From assembly GCF_009914755.1 (NCBI RefSeq), contig NC_060926.1: a stretch of DNA of 64,000 nucleotides. The stretch is one strand, 5' to 3'. The translations under genes and the position numbers were made by a program. Under the pieces are notes generated by a model. The model was not told the DNA's origin. It saw only the letters and a list, made by a program, of their open reading frames with translations, and made no database searches. Of this stretch, positions 1 to 12,826 are shown one piece after another; position 1 is the first letter of the stretch, and every line of letters begins with the position of its first letter. The DNA is from the human T2T-CHM13v2.0 reference genome, Homo sapiens.

Positions 1-1035
1 TGGTCATATGCAAGTTTCCACAGGTATTCAAATTATATCCAGGGAAAAGGATCAGGGGTGGATAGTGGTAAGAAGACTTCTATGGAGTAGAAAAACAGCC
101 CTGATTGATAGTATAACCTCTAAATTGAATGAATATATACCTATAGGAGCCTTTTAAACAGCAGAAAGCAGGATTTTCCCTACTTAACAAATATATGATT
201 TTGTTGGTTCTCATGTTAGCAGTAGTAATGGAGGGCAGTGGTGAAAAGGGTTGGAAAGGGCTTGGTGGATTGGTGGAAAGGGGGACTGCAGAGTTTAAAA
301 AGTCAATTATAAAGTTAGTCAACTATATAAATTAAAATTACTTTTTTGTACTTCTGAGTCAACGTATGTAACTATTGGCCCCTATAAAGATAGAAATAAT
401 GACATAACTTTATTACAAGTGTTTCAAACTAGAAAAATAATACCAGCTCCATCTATAAGATTTATAGAAGTATAAGTGTCCAGCATGGGAGGCCAAAGAG
501 AATAATAGGAATGGTGACAGTAATAAAGGGGGAACAAAGTCCATCCCAAACAGAAATTTAAATTTCCATGAATATAGCCAAAATTTTTAAAGAGAGATCT
601 TAAGAAGAGGAATTGAATGTGGATAAACAACATAGTTTTAGAAAAATGTGACCAACACTACAGTGTTTAACTGTCTGGTGAAGGAGAAAGACCACAGCCT
701 AGGCTTTCAAGTGAAGAAGTGCCTAGTAAGAAAGACAGTGACAATCTGTTATAAAATAGACTCAAACAATCCCTTAATCTAGGTCTTTAATCTAGATGGA
801 AAATGTCTGAATACTGCACCTGGACTCGCCAGCTATTTTTAGGATAGAGCGCAAGGAAAACTGTTTTTATCTTGGGACTTGTATTGATCCTGATTTAATG
901 GTTTGTACTCCAGGGCTCCCAGAAAGAGGTGACACTTAAGAGTGACAAGAGGTAACATAATTTCCTGGTCTTATCTATAGTTTCTATTTACTACAGCTCT
1001 ACATCAAGGGTCAGGAATATAAAGAAGAGAAGTGG

Positions 1036-1594
1036 CCATTTTCTTAATCCAGTCTATCATTGTTGGACATTTGGGTTGGTTCCAAGTCTTTGCTATTGTG
1101 AGTAGTGCTGCAATAAACATATGTGTGCATGTGTCTTTATAGCACCATGATTTATATTCCTTTGGGTATATACCCAGTAATGGGATGGCTGGGTCAAATG
1201 GTATTTCTAGTTCTAGATTCCTGAGGAATCACCACACTGTAATACTATGCAGCCATAAAAAATGATGAGTTCATGTTCTTTGTAGGGACATGGATGAAGC
1301 TGGAAACCACCATTCTCAGCAAACTATCGCAAGGACAAAAAACCAAACACTGCATGTTCTCACTCATAGGTGGGAACTGAACAATGAGAACACTTGGACA
1401 CAGGAAGGGGTACATCACACACCGGGGCCTGTTGTGGGGTTGGGGGAGTGGGGAGGGATAGCATTACGAGATATACCTAATGTAAATAATGAGTTAATGG
1501 GTGCAGCACACCAACATGGCACATGTATACATATGTAACAAACCTGCACATTGTGCACATGTACCCTAGAACTTAAAGTATAATAAATAAATAA

Positions 1595-1634
<40 letters not shown>
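1036..1634 (+). mobile_element. 5'-truncated, 5'-inverted L1PA (about L1PA4/5) with (TAAA)n/(TA)n tail
   Basis: 1036-~1240 is reverse-complement L1 ORF2 end; ~1241-1586 is sense L1 ORF2 end/3'UTR; 13-bp TSD agaagagaagtgg at 1023-1035 and 1635-1647. Confidence 0.93.
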
Positions 1635-1635
<1 letters not shown>

Positions 1636-3337
1636 GAAGAGAAGTGGTTTCTTAGGAAGAATAAGCCAATAGAATAATTCCTAGATTCTTAAAACTTCTG
1701 ACAGTTATATTAAAACACTTAACAATTTGATCTCTCTAGAAAAATACCTTTAGACATTCTGGAAGATGAGAGGTCTAACTGCAGTTCAGTTATTCAATAA
1801 TTCCTAAAAAGCCAGGTGAGGTGTCTATTTGATAAATTTCTTGAAAAGCCTAAAGAGTTCTATGAAAACTGATTAGCTATTTTCTATTTGTATTATGAAT
1901 GAAATAGAGAGGAAAAAATAATAGATAAATCTCCAGGCATGAAGGATCAACATAATTTGCATCTCCAATTTTCTTCTACCTTCACCATCTTTTTCCTATT
2001 TGGCCTACTTCCACCATTCTTTTCTGTCTTAAACCAGTGTCCTCATGTCTACCACTGGACTTAAATTCTTAAAGGGCTCTGATTTTCCTCCTAACACTGC
2101 TTAGATGGTACCATCTTGCTTTGTGTCAACTCAGGTAGAAACAAGGTTTGACTTTTACAAAAGAAACTTTCACTAACATTTAAAGAAAAAGTTAAAAGTA
2201 CTCCTATATTGACCAAACTCTTGACCGGAAGATAGCAGTATGACTAGCATAACTTGTGAGATCTCTCTGTCTTCTTTTCTTAGCCACAATCATCTCTTAT
2301 GACCAGATTAAATTATTCCAATTGCTACATTGAGGCAGACATAGACTCCCTCCCCTGTCATATTGAGGTTGGTATGATTTGGGGGGTTTATTCTGTTTTT
2401 ATATCAGAATGTCTTTGCCAGCTCTGGGGTCTAATGAGCTTCTGGTCTACATTTATCTTTGACTCATCCTACATTACCTTGAGTATCTAGATGAAGAAGG
2501 CACATTTCCATCTGAAAGAAACATCTAACACAGCACTTATCATTGTCATTTGCCCTTTCTGAATATTACTGAACTCTAGAGTTATTGGCATGCCATATTT
2601 TCCTGGAGTTTGAATTTGTCTGGTCCAGTCTAAAGAATCTTCAGAGGCTAGTTATTTAAATTAATTGCTACCAGCAATACTTTACTTTTCATCTACGTTA
2701 GCAACTCAGTTTAGCCTCAGAGTCAGTTTTTTGGTAGGTGGTCTCAGGCATGATGCCTGTCCTTATCCTCAATGGCTATAAGACCTCTCCCATTATAAAG
2801 CCGTTGCTGTATTTTAGATTGTCTGAGGCCTCCTTTAGCTCTCATCAGCTTGATACCAAGGTTTTGCTCAATTAATATGCACACATATTGCTGCTTTTTC
2901 CTCAGATCTAATAAGTTTAACTTAAAACACTTAGCAATTTCACACCTAAATAATCATTTTAAATAATCTAAATGTCTTAGGTGTTTCATTTATTCATCTT
3001 TGTTTTAAATATCATTTTTAAATGTCCTGAATGGTACTGCCTAGATTTTCTTCTAGGGTTTTCATAGTTTGGGGTTTTACATGTAAGTCTCTAATACTTT
3101 GCTGTATAGACTTTAATTCCTTCTCTTTCATTTAAATAATCTAAAATGTCTTTAATGCACTCTACCTCGTTTCCTCTCACAATCTTGCCATCATCCTAAG
3201 CTTTGGCTTGGGCAAAAAAATATCATATTTTCTTGTTTGGCCAGGTTGTATTTGAAATGCCTGTTAGACCCCAGTAGAAATATCAAGCAGGAAAGCAAAT
3301 ATACTAGCTTGAAATTCACTGGATTGGTCAAAACTTG

Positions 3338-3860
3338 TGTGGCAGATTGTACTTTTCATAATACCCAGAGGTGGGTCTACCTCTCTTCTTAAGTCTGGGT
3401 GGGCTTGTTAGTTGCTTGTGATTACAAGCAAGTAATAGCATGGGGTTGAAAGTGATGCATATGACTTTCAATTGCATGGAGTTGAAAGTGATGCATATGA
3501 CTTCTGAGGCTGGTAAGAAGAGGCAATGCAACTTCTGTCGTGTTCTTTGGAACACTCATGCTTTATGCCCTGAGATACCATGTAAGAAGTGCCAGCACTC
3601 TGAAGCTGACATGCTGTGAGGAAGCCAAGCTATGCTCATCAGTCTGGCTTAGAGTCCAAACATGTGACTGATCAAACATTTAGATGATTCCAGCTCCTAG
3701 GCTGTGAGTCACTCCCAGCATGCACACCTTCTCAAAGAGTTAAGCCATTTTCCCTGTGCCCTTTTCAAGCTCCTGACCCACAGAATATGTGAGTATGATA
3801 ACATACTTGTTACTTTATGCTGCTAAGTTTGCAGTGGTATGTCACAAATAAATGGTAAGT
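3338..3860 (+). mobile_element. MaLR solo LTR (MLT1H-like) interrupting an L2 fragment
   Basis: tgtggcagattg start, MLT1-type body, 3' end ...ctaagtttgcagtggtatgtcac; L2-like sequence on both sides. Confidence 0.7.
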
Positions 3861-4934
3861 GACTATCTTTCATCACACCTTTCATTTCAGTGAAAGTTGG
3901 CCAGTGTCTGCACTGTGGGTACCAACTGAGCAAAAGCAGATTAAGCAAAGTAGACTTAGAAGGAATAGCGAGTGGGCCAGAAGGAGCACTAGGAGAATGT
4001 GGTGTTATGAAAATCAGAAGAAGAGAGGCTTTGTTCCCGTGTCCCCTATCCCCTCAGGATAGTATAGGATGTCCTGAGCTTGGGAGGGATATATTTTTTA
4101 GTGGTAAGAAGACTAAGAGTATGACTGTTAATCTCCTCCTTTCCCTCAAGGATAGGCTTCAGTAAGGGCAGAGAAAAATAAACCACTGAAGTTGAGAGTT
4201 AAAATAAAGAAAACATTCAAGTACACTTTAAAATGATATTTACAATGATTATGTAGACATCAGATCATTACCACCACCAGTGTCCAGCAGATGTAATTTC
4301 CCTAATTAATTTACAATCCAAATGATAGCTTATATCTTTCCCATTCTCTGAAAATCTAGGTAAAACTGACTCAAAACTTCTTCCTAAAATTTTCTGGACT
4401 TTCAGAGGCTTTTGTTCTCATAGCTACCTCTGGATTGCTGCTTTTTCATGTGCTATCTCTGATTTGAATCATATCTGCTCAGATGTGGAACACGGACTTT
4501 TCAATTTACACATTCACTCATACAAACGAAAAAAATGGAAGGAAGGTAGAAGAGGAATTGAAATTATAACAATCCAAACAACTTTGAGTAGAACAGTAGA
4601 CACTATCATTCTTAACAGATTCTTTGTCCATCACACAATCAGTGTCTTACAATGACCTTTCACCCTACACAACTTCAAATCATCTCTCTGGTTGATCTGT
4701 CTTCTCTTTCTGTCTTCCTTCCTATTCACTCACTCTTAGAAAACTCAATCAAATCCAAATTATTTCTTACTTCTACATAGAAATTTTTCTTTCAAGGGGT
4801 TCAGGAAACAAAAATCTCTTCCATAGGAGTTGTTGTGGTTATGAACAGACAGAAAAGAAGCTATGTGCTTACTTTTTACTCATACTTAATGTTTTTTTCC
4901 CTAGGTTTTAGTTGATCTAAGTGTCCCGGTATGT

Positions 4935-5771
4935 TGTCTTAGTCAGCTCAGGCTGCTATAACAAAATACCATAGACTGGGTAGCTTTATAAACAAAAGAT
5001 TTATTTCTCAAATGTATTCAGTTCTGGAGGGTGAGAACTCCAAGATCAAGACACTGGAAGATTCATTGTCTAGTGAGGATCCACTGACAGGTTCATAAAA
5101 TAGCATGTGTCCTTCCGTGGCAGAAAAGGGAAGTGAGCCCTCTGTGTTCCCTTTTGTAGGGGCACTAACCCTGCTCCACCCTTATGATCTGATCATCTTC
5201 CAAAGGTCCCACCTGCAAATACTGCAGTTCTCTGGGTGGCCTTGGACTGACGCAGTTCTCCATCCTTTCTCAATTGTACCTCTCAAGAATTAAGTGTAGA
5301 ATGTGCTGGCAATGCAAAATCTTGAGATAAAGGGGTGCTAGCTGGGACAGCCTAGGCTTTGTTCCAGTCTCCCTTAGGATAGGATAGAATGTCCTTCAGT
5401 GCTTTAGCTCAGCATCTCATGTGACATCACAGTATGAAACACAGGACTGGCTGCTTTTTGCAGTCTCTCTGCTAATGTGCAAGTGGGACATGCATAGTTG
5501 AGATTCTATGCACCCCAGCCAGCTTTCCTGAGCCTTGGGAAACTGGCTCACCATGAATCCTAGCTTCTGCTATCTCTTGCTGCCTATCTGTAAGTAGCAA
5601 ATCTGCTTCACGTAATTTGTTGTGTGTGGGTGTTCTGTCTCACAAGACTCAGATAAGTTGGTAGCCAGTGCACACTGAACCTGCTTCACAAATACCATCA
5701 CATATCATCACATTGGGTGTTAGGATTTAACATATGAATTTTGGGGGGACACAGACACTCAGTCTATAGCA
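4935..5771 (-). mobile_element. MLT1A-type MaLR LTR, split by a nested LTR
   Basis: tgtcttagtcagctcaggctgctataacaaaatacc ... agtctatagca termini; 5-bp TSD tatgt at 4930-4934 and 5772-5776. Confidence 0.85.
5223..5690 (+). mobile_element. ERVL-class solo LTR (LTR47-like) nested in MLT1A
   Basis: TG...CA termini, 5-bp TSD aatac at 5218-5222 and 5691-5695, 468 bp. Confidence 0.8.
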
Positions 5772-5915
5772 TATGTGTTCTGACATTTATGTATTTGAAA
5801 ATATCTCTATGTTTGCTTTTATGCATAAGGATAACTTGACTGTGTTTTGAATTTTTAAGCACCATCATTTTGTTTACAACTCTGTGGTTGACACTCCTTT
5901 CTTTCTCTCATTTAG

Positions 5916-6242
5916 TGTCATAAAGAAGAATATTTGAAGCTCTATAAATATGTTGCTTTACGTGGCAAAAAGGACTTTACAGATCTGAGTACACTGGATT
6001 ATCTGGGTGGGCACAATGTAATCACAAGGGGCTTTCTAAGAAGGAAGAAGGAGGGTTCAAGGCAGAAAAACCGGAAGAAGTTATAACATTGGCTTTGAAG
6101 ATGGAAGATGGGGACACAAGTCAAGGAATTCAGGTGGCCTCTAGAAGCCTGAAAAGTCAAAGAAATGAATTCTCCCCTAGAGCCTCAAGAAGGAACACAG
6201 CCCTGCTGACAGCTTGATTTTAGGATTTCTGACCTCCAGACT
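5916..6242 (+). other. VRK2: Probable upstream 5'UTR exon of a long VRK2 transcript (327 nt, mostly MLT1 LTR-derived)
   Basis: Long pyrimidine tract ctcctttctttctctcatttag| and donor ACT|GTAAGA. The length agrees with my recollection of an annotated upstream VRK2 UTR exon (not verified). Confidence 0.6.
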
Positions 6243-6318
6243 GTAAGAGAATTAATTTATATCATATAAGTCACTAAGTTTGTGGTAATTTGTTAATCAA
6301 CAATAGTAAATTAATACA
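5947..6318 (+). mobile_element. MLT1C/D-type MaLR LTR (5'-truncated)
   Basis: ggattatctgggtgggc..aatgtaatcacaaggg, gattctcccctagagcctc-like motif, end ...aattaataca. Confidence 0.8.
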
Positions 6319-9300
6319 GACTACCTTTAGTTTCATAAGTAAAAATATCCTCTTTAATTGTTATTTACATTTATATGAATCAAAATTTTCCTAGAAGGAT
6401 TTTCTGCTTATCACAGCAAATTTATTTTTAAAAGAAGGCAGGTTTGATTCTTCAAAGAAGCTATGTAGTCTAAACTATAGGATCTTTCCTGAAATCTGGT
6501 AATTTTCCCCAGTTTGGTCATCCACAGAGAGCCATCTGTGCTTTCCCTGTCTTGTTTTATGGCCAAAAAGAAATGGGCATGGTTTCTGTTAATCTGATAC
6601 AATTTCCTACTAGAATATATCTTGTCTAGATCAACTCTTTCCTTTGTCATAGAAATAAAATAACTCAAGCTCCCATGCAATGTAAGTACGGATAATCCAG
6701 TTGCTTCCCAAATAATTTCTGAGGATCCTAGGTAGGTGCTTACAAATGTTAGTAACTACTTGCCACCTCTCACTATGAATCATTCTCTTCTTAGTAGCTA
6801 GTCTTAATATATAGATAATACCATGTTATTTTCTTATTTAAGGAAGAGTGGGTTGCTCATTTTACTTAGGAAAAAGTCAAAAATACTTAAACTCACAAAT
6901 TTCAGTATGGTCTGTTCTTTGCCTACCTTTCAGAATCGTTTTCTGCTAACACCTCTCACAGTTGTTGTTTTGGGGCCTTAGCAAATTTCTTCCCACCTCA
7001 GGACCTTTGCATATGTCCTTTTCTCCATGAAATGTTCTTTCTTTCCCAGTTTGCCCGCTACCGATTCCTCATCTTTCAGGTCTTATTTCAAGGGTTACTC
7101 CCTCAAAGTGTTGCTCCCATGATCCTGCCTGACTACTGAAATCAGCTCCTCCTATTATGGCTCCTAATAGAATCCTATAGTTTTTCTCAGTGATTATTTA
7201 ACAACTGTTCCTTCTACAAGGCTCTAAGTTTTAAGAAGGCAGGGATGGTTTGTTTTATTACATTCTCCCTCTTCAGTCAAGCTCAAAGAATATATGAGTG
7301 AGTGAATGAATCTGAATTGCTGTTTCTGGCCATTCCATCTTACCCTCTGTTCCATTCCATCAACTTATCTTGGCCTTAGGGCATGAGAGCATCTCTCATC
7401 TTTGTTCTTCATTCCTCAAGGCAGTGCTAAAGGAAGGCTGACACCAGGTTCCAGAGGTTTTTTTTAAAAAACAAAAAACAAAAAAAAAAACTTCACTTAT
7501 TCCTTCAAAATATTTATTGAACATCTGTACACTAGGTACTATTCTAAACGCTTGGTGGTTCACTCTTGGATTCAGTGGTGCCAGGTCATTGCCCCATGAG
7601 GACTTGCAAACATATGATATAGTCCAAACGTTTTAGTCAACATAAATGAGGCTGTGCTCCTGATGACATGATGCCTGAGATTTATCTTTAGCCCTAATAC
7701 CTCCAAATCTCAAGGTGTGTTGGTATTAATTGGTTAGTATGTTCTCTACTGTATTATGGGTACATTGCTTTCCTAGAAGAGGATGTTTGACATGGGTACT
7801 CCATGCCTTCCAACAGTATAATCCTATCTGTATTACTTTTAACAGAAATGCCCCCAAAGTTTCCTGCATATGGCCAGTATTCATCTTTCCTTTCTGTTGC
7901 TACCATAGAATTATTTTCCTCTTTCCCCCTTAAAAATATTATATTGGACATTTCAATGGGAATTTGGGAGCAGGGAGATAAAAACCTGCTCTTATCATTA
8001 CATTACCCAGAAGTTTTCAGAGATTTCTTCATCAGTCTATGGTCTCCTTACTCTCTGTTTCGCCTTTTATCTATTTATTAGTTTATTTTTGTTATGAGTT
8101 GGAACTGGATTCCAGGAAAGTATTATGTACATTAAAAACTCAAGAGTATCTATGTAGCATGAATTATTCTGTAACAGATTGTCCAGATAGTTTCAGAGGA
8201 ACATTTCATGACTCGAGTAACATTTGCATTTCATAGTTGATTGAGTAGCCTTATGAAATGAATCAGCACTGTCATAAATACTTCGCACTATTGACTCACT
8301 CCAATATATTGACATTTGAATGTTCATTACCCTTATCCAATCAATTCAACATTGCTAACTTTACTTCTAGGGCAGAAGATTTTTGTAGCCTTCTTCTATA
8401 TAATTTGGAAGGAGAGAAGAGACAAAGCTCCATGATGTATGAAAGGGCAGTAGAATCATTCTATTTTATAAGTGAATTGAAGTGGCATCAGATGAGACCC
8501 AACCACGTTATGTGTGAAAATATGAAATAGGAAAATGGGGATAATATTTGGGTATAAAATGAGATTACTATGTAAAAAACACTGTCCTCAAAATAGAGTT
8601 GTTCTTTTGAACTATATAAATGGGGAATTATCTTAGAAGACAGAACTTCCGTTACTAGTTATGGTTGTTATCCATTAGAAAGACTTCTTAAGAGTGGCTT
8701 ATAAGCATCCTCTTAAACATCCTTGAAAAACAGTAATTTTTTTTCTTATATGTCTGAGATAGCTAAATAAAGCGTGGTCTTTTCAGAACTGAGATCAACA
8801 TAATATACCATTAATTTTATCTAATTGCTTATTGAAGTGGTCCCAATTGTATGACACTTTTTTCTCACCTAATATATCTGGTAGATAGGAAGTAGAATAG
8901 AAGCAGTATTGTATATCCTTTTCCACCAGGAAAGGGAGTATTTTTGATATAATAATATTACTTTGGGCTTTCTATATTGCAAAAAAGGAATATATATTCC
9001 TTTAAACTATAAAGTATCTATATTCTATGTAGTACTAAATTAATTTCCCTTAGGATCTTTTTAAAAAAATGAATGTGGTGAAGAGGCAGTGGGCATATCA
9101 TTAATTTCATTTCATAGAAATAACACAAATGAATTTTTCTTTGTTGTAATAGGTAAAAAGTACCATAGGTCTAAAATAAAGCATTAATCTACTCTAACTC
9201 TTTCTATTCTATGTGCTGAGATAACCCAATGTAATCAGTATCGAGATGGTATATGCCTTCCACAACTTTTCTATGTTCAAATTAATATATACAGAAATAC

Positions 9301-9474
9301 TATGTAAAACCAAAAAAAATGTAGTTTAGAATTACAGTAATCAAAAAAATATGGTGTTGGCTAAAGAATAGACCATTCTCATATATATCACGCTATATTC
9401 TGTGTGGTTATCACACACAAGTAGTTAGTGTCAGCCTCCTGCTCAAGTCTCCAGTGATTTTCTATTGTCTATAG

Positions 9475-9630
9475 TAGTGATGTCCAACATAACTCTCTAT
9501 AATGATGGAAATATTTTATAATCTATACTGTCCAATAGGGTAGCCACTAGGTACATGTGGCTAAGGAGCACTTGAAACATAACTCATGAAGCCGGTACCG
9601 AATTTTTCATTTTGCTTAATCTTAATTTTA
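9475..9630. mobile_element. MER3-like hAT-Charlie fragment
   Basis: ctgtccaatagggtagccactaggtacatgtggcta motif. Confidence 0.65.
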
Positions 9631-9637
9631 TTAATTA

Positions 9638-9922
9638 ATTTTTTTTTGACAGAGTCTCACTCTGTTGCCTAGTCTGGAGTGTAGTGGTGCAGTCACTACT
9701 CACTGTAGTCTTGTCCTGGACTCAAGCCATCCTCCCATTTCAGACTCATGAGTAGCTGAAACTATAGGCATGCACCACCATGCCCAGCTAATTTTTGTAT
9801 TTTTTGCAGAGATAGGGTCTCATCATGTTGCCCAGGCTGATCTCCAATTCCTGGGCTCAGGCAATCCTCCTGCCTTAGCCTTCCAAAGTTCTGAGATTAC
9901 AGGCATGAGCCACCATTCCCAG
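9638..9922 (-). mobile_element. AluJ
   Basis: poly-T followed by a diverged reverse-complement Alu dimer. Confidence 0.92.
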
Positions 9923-10689
9923 TGTCTTGATTCGTTTAAATGTACACGGTCGCAGGTGTTTCATGACTTCCGTGCTACACAGCCAAGGTCTATAATGTCA
10001 AGGCTAAACTCTTTATCAAGTACTCAAGATCCTATATAATTTTAGTTGAGACAAACTGAGCTCAAGGTCTATAGGCCCTAAGAATAAAAACTGAAAGACC
10101 TTAGAATCTGTTTATTTTCTATGGGAAAGGGGGCAGGTGGGGTGAGGGGTGCAGAAGTAGGTTTTGACTCTTGTTCCATAAATATCTGCATGTTTGCAAT
10201 GAAAAGCTTAAAGAAAAAAGCTGTTTGTGGAAGACACAGAAACAAAATCCCCCATTTTTCATAAAAGTGTTTTAAAAGATGTGGGCCAATACCTTCCTAC
10301 TCAAGAGTATTCTCAGGATTGAGAAAATTGAGGAAGTACATTCATATCTAAGGAGATATTTACTATGCTAGGTTCTTTGCCATCTTTTCATTTAAACCTT
10401 ACAATACTCCTGCAATATGTCTCCCTTCTTTTTGCCAATAAAGAAACTGTTTTCAGAAAATGATCAAACTGAGTAGAAAAATGGGTAGAGCTATGGCCAA
10501 CAACTAATTTTACAAAGTACAAATGCCTAATAAACAAATGAGAAGTTTCTTAACCTTACTAGTAATCAGAAAAATAAAAATTAAAACAACACAATAATTT
10601 GCCATCTCATTGGGAAAATATAAAAGACTGAAAAACAGGCAGTGTAGCAAGTATTCATTCAACAAGCATTTATTTCATTGCCTGCTACA

Positions 10690-11555
10690 TGCCAATATAG
10701 GAATTAGAATATGACACCCCAAAATATGCCACTTTGATATAAGGATGATTTGGAGCTGAAAGCAATTGAGGAGCAACATTGATATGGTTTGGCTCTGTGT
10801 CCCCACCCAAATCTCATCTCGAATTGTAATCCTCAGGTGTTGAGGGAGAGGCCTGGTGGGAGGTGATTGGATCATGGGGGTGTTTTCCCCCATGCTGTTC
10901 TTGTGATAGTGAGTGAGTTCTCACAAGATCTAATGGTTTTATAATTGGAGGTTTCCCCTGCTCTCTCTTCTGCTGCCTTGTGAAAAAGGTACTTGAAGTT
11001 TCTTGAGGCCTCCCCAGCCATGCTAAACTGTAAGTCAATTAAATCTTTCCTTTATAAACTACCCAGTCTCAGATATTCCTTAATAGCAGTGTGAAAATGG
11101 ACTAACATGAGCACACACAGGAAGAACTTTCCGGCCTCCTCCTTTCTGCCTTACAGTGGTGTATAAATTTTCCTTTGTAAAGGCAACACAGATTTTCATT
11201 TGTAAAGGTGTTTTTCTCTCCAGTCCCGAGTGTAGGATAATTATTCTTATCTGCCTAACAAAACTTACTAAACAAGCCTTATCTACCCCAGATTTACCAG
11301 TCTCTGTTCCATAGTTTACTGCCCCTAGGAGCCCTCATTTCTTTTGTCTAGTCACTTCTCCATAATATATCACACTTTGTTAAAATGGTATATATGCCTA
11401 CAAGTCTAACTTCTTTGAGTTTTCACTTTCTTTCTGTGAGACCCTATGCACATAAAAAAATTTAGCATCAATAAAGATACATACACCTTTTTTCCTGTTA
11501 ATCTGTCTTTTGTCAATTTAATATGCAAGCCTCAACCACACAACCTCAGCCACTA
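10690..11555 (+). mobile_element. MER34-like ERV1 LTR interrupted by THE1
   Basis: aatatgacaccccaaaatatgccacttt start motif; LTR-like sequence resumes after 11108 up to ...aatctgtcttttgtcaatttaat. Confidence 0.6.
10780..11107 (+). mobile_element. THE1D/MSTA-type MaLR solo LTR
   Basis: tgatatggtttggctctgtgtccccacccaaatctcatc ... cccagtctcag..atagcagtgtgaaaatggactaa. Confidence 0.9.
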
Positions 11556-12583
11556 CTACAGGTGCTCATGAAATAAGACTGATCAACATTCTGCTTTCAT
11601 GATAATTTGGAATAAAACAAAAAAACCCTAAATATCCATCTAAATAAAAACGGTTAAATGATGATACATCTACACTATGGAATATTAGAAGACATGTACA
11701 ACTGGAATATGATAAAATATTTATATATTGATGCAGGTTGGGGAAGCCACAATACTATTAGTTGATAAAAATCAAGATGTGAAACAGCAAGTAAGGTATT
11801 ATCTGATTTACGTAAAAATAAAACAATTTTAAAAGCTATTATACAACCTACATCATCCTGGCCAGTTTATACCCTCATTTTGAAAAGATCCTCACATAGG
11901 ATCATATTCCAAGAAACAACTCTCCTGCAGCCAAAGATAACCGAAAGCAATGTGCATCCTAATTGCACTTCCTCACAACATTGCCAAAAGGGGAAGTACA
12001 TTCAACTCTTAAAAATGCTCTTTTTCTTTCTCTTTCAGTCTCAGTTATCTCAGAGCAGCTGTTCTCCACAAAAAACTTTCATATTCCTCTCTCCTTATTC
12101 CCTAAAAATTTCTCCTACATCCAATAGGATTGAATTCTTGTCTTTTCTGTTTCTCCTCTAGCCTTCTTAATTATTTTTCTCCCTAGCATTTCTTTTTATT
12201 TCAATATGAATTTCCTGGCTTCCTGAGATCACTCCTTGTCTTTCCCCAACTCATTACCCCAATAAGCATATTAAAGACTCAGGATTTAGTGACTAATTGT
12301 TTAAGGATGGGGGATCATGACTGATGACTGGAGAGGGGGAAAATGTGTTTGTTATACTGTTAATTGAAAAAAGCAGAATAAAAATATTATATACACACAA
12401 TTTGAGTATAACTGTGGAAAGCATATAACCTAAAACCTTTTACGGGATAAAAAATAAAACACTAAAAGGAAATGCACTAAAATGTTAACAGAGAGTATTT
12501 TTAAAAATTTTTTATGGGCAATTCCCCCTCTATAATTACTTCTTGATATTTTCTTAAATATTTACTATAAGCATGTATTTTAT

Positions 12584-12826
12584 TTTTATTTATTTTTTAT
12601 TTTTATTTTTATTTTTATTTTTGAGACAGAGTCTCACTCTGTTGCCCAGGCTGGAGTAGTGTTGTGATCATAGCTCACTGCAGCCTCAATCTCCCAGGCT
12701 CCCAATCCTCCCACCTCAGCCTTCTGAGTAGCTGGGAATACAGGCACACACTACCACACCTGGCTAATTTTTTTTACTTTTTATTAATAATTTTTGGTAG
12801 AGACAGGGTCTCGCTATGTTCCCCAG
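12584..12826 (-). mobile_element. 5'-truncated AluJ
   Basis: (TTTTTA)n tail, Alu body, 17-bp TSD ataagcatgtattttat at 12567-12583 and 12827-12843. Confidence 0.92.
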
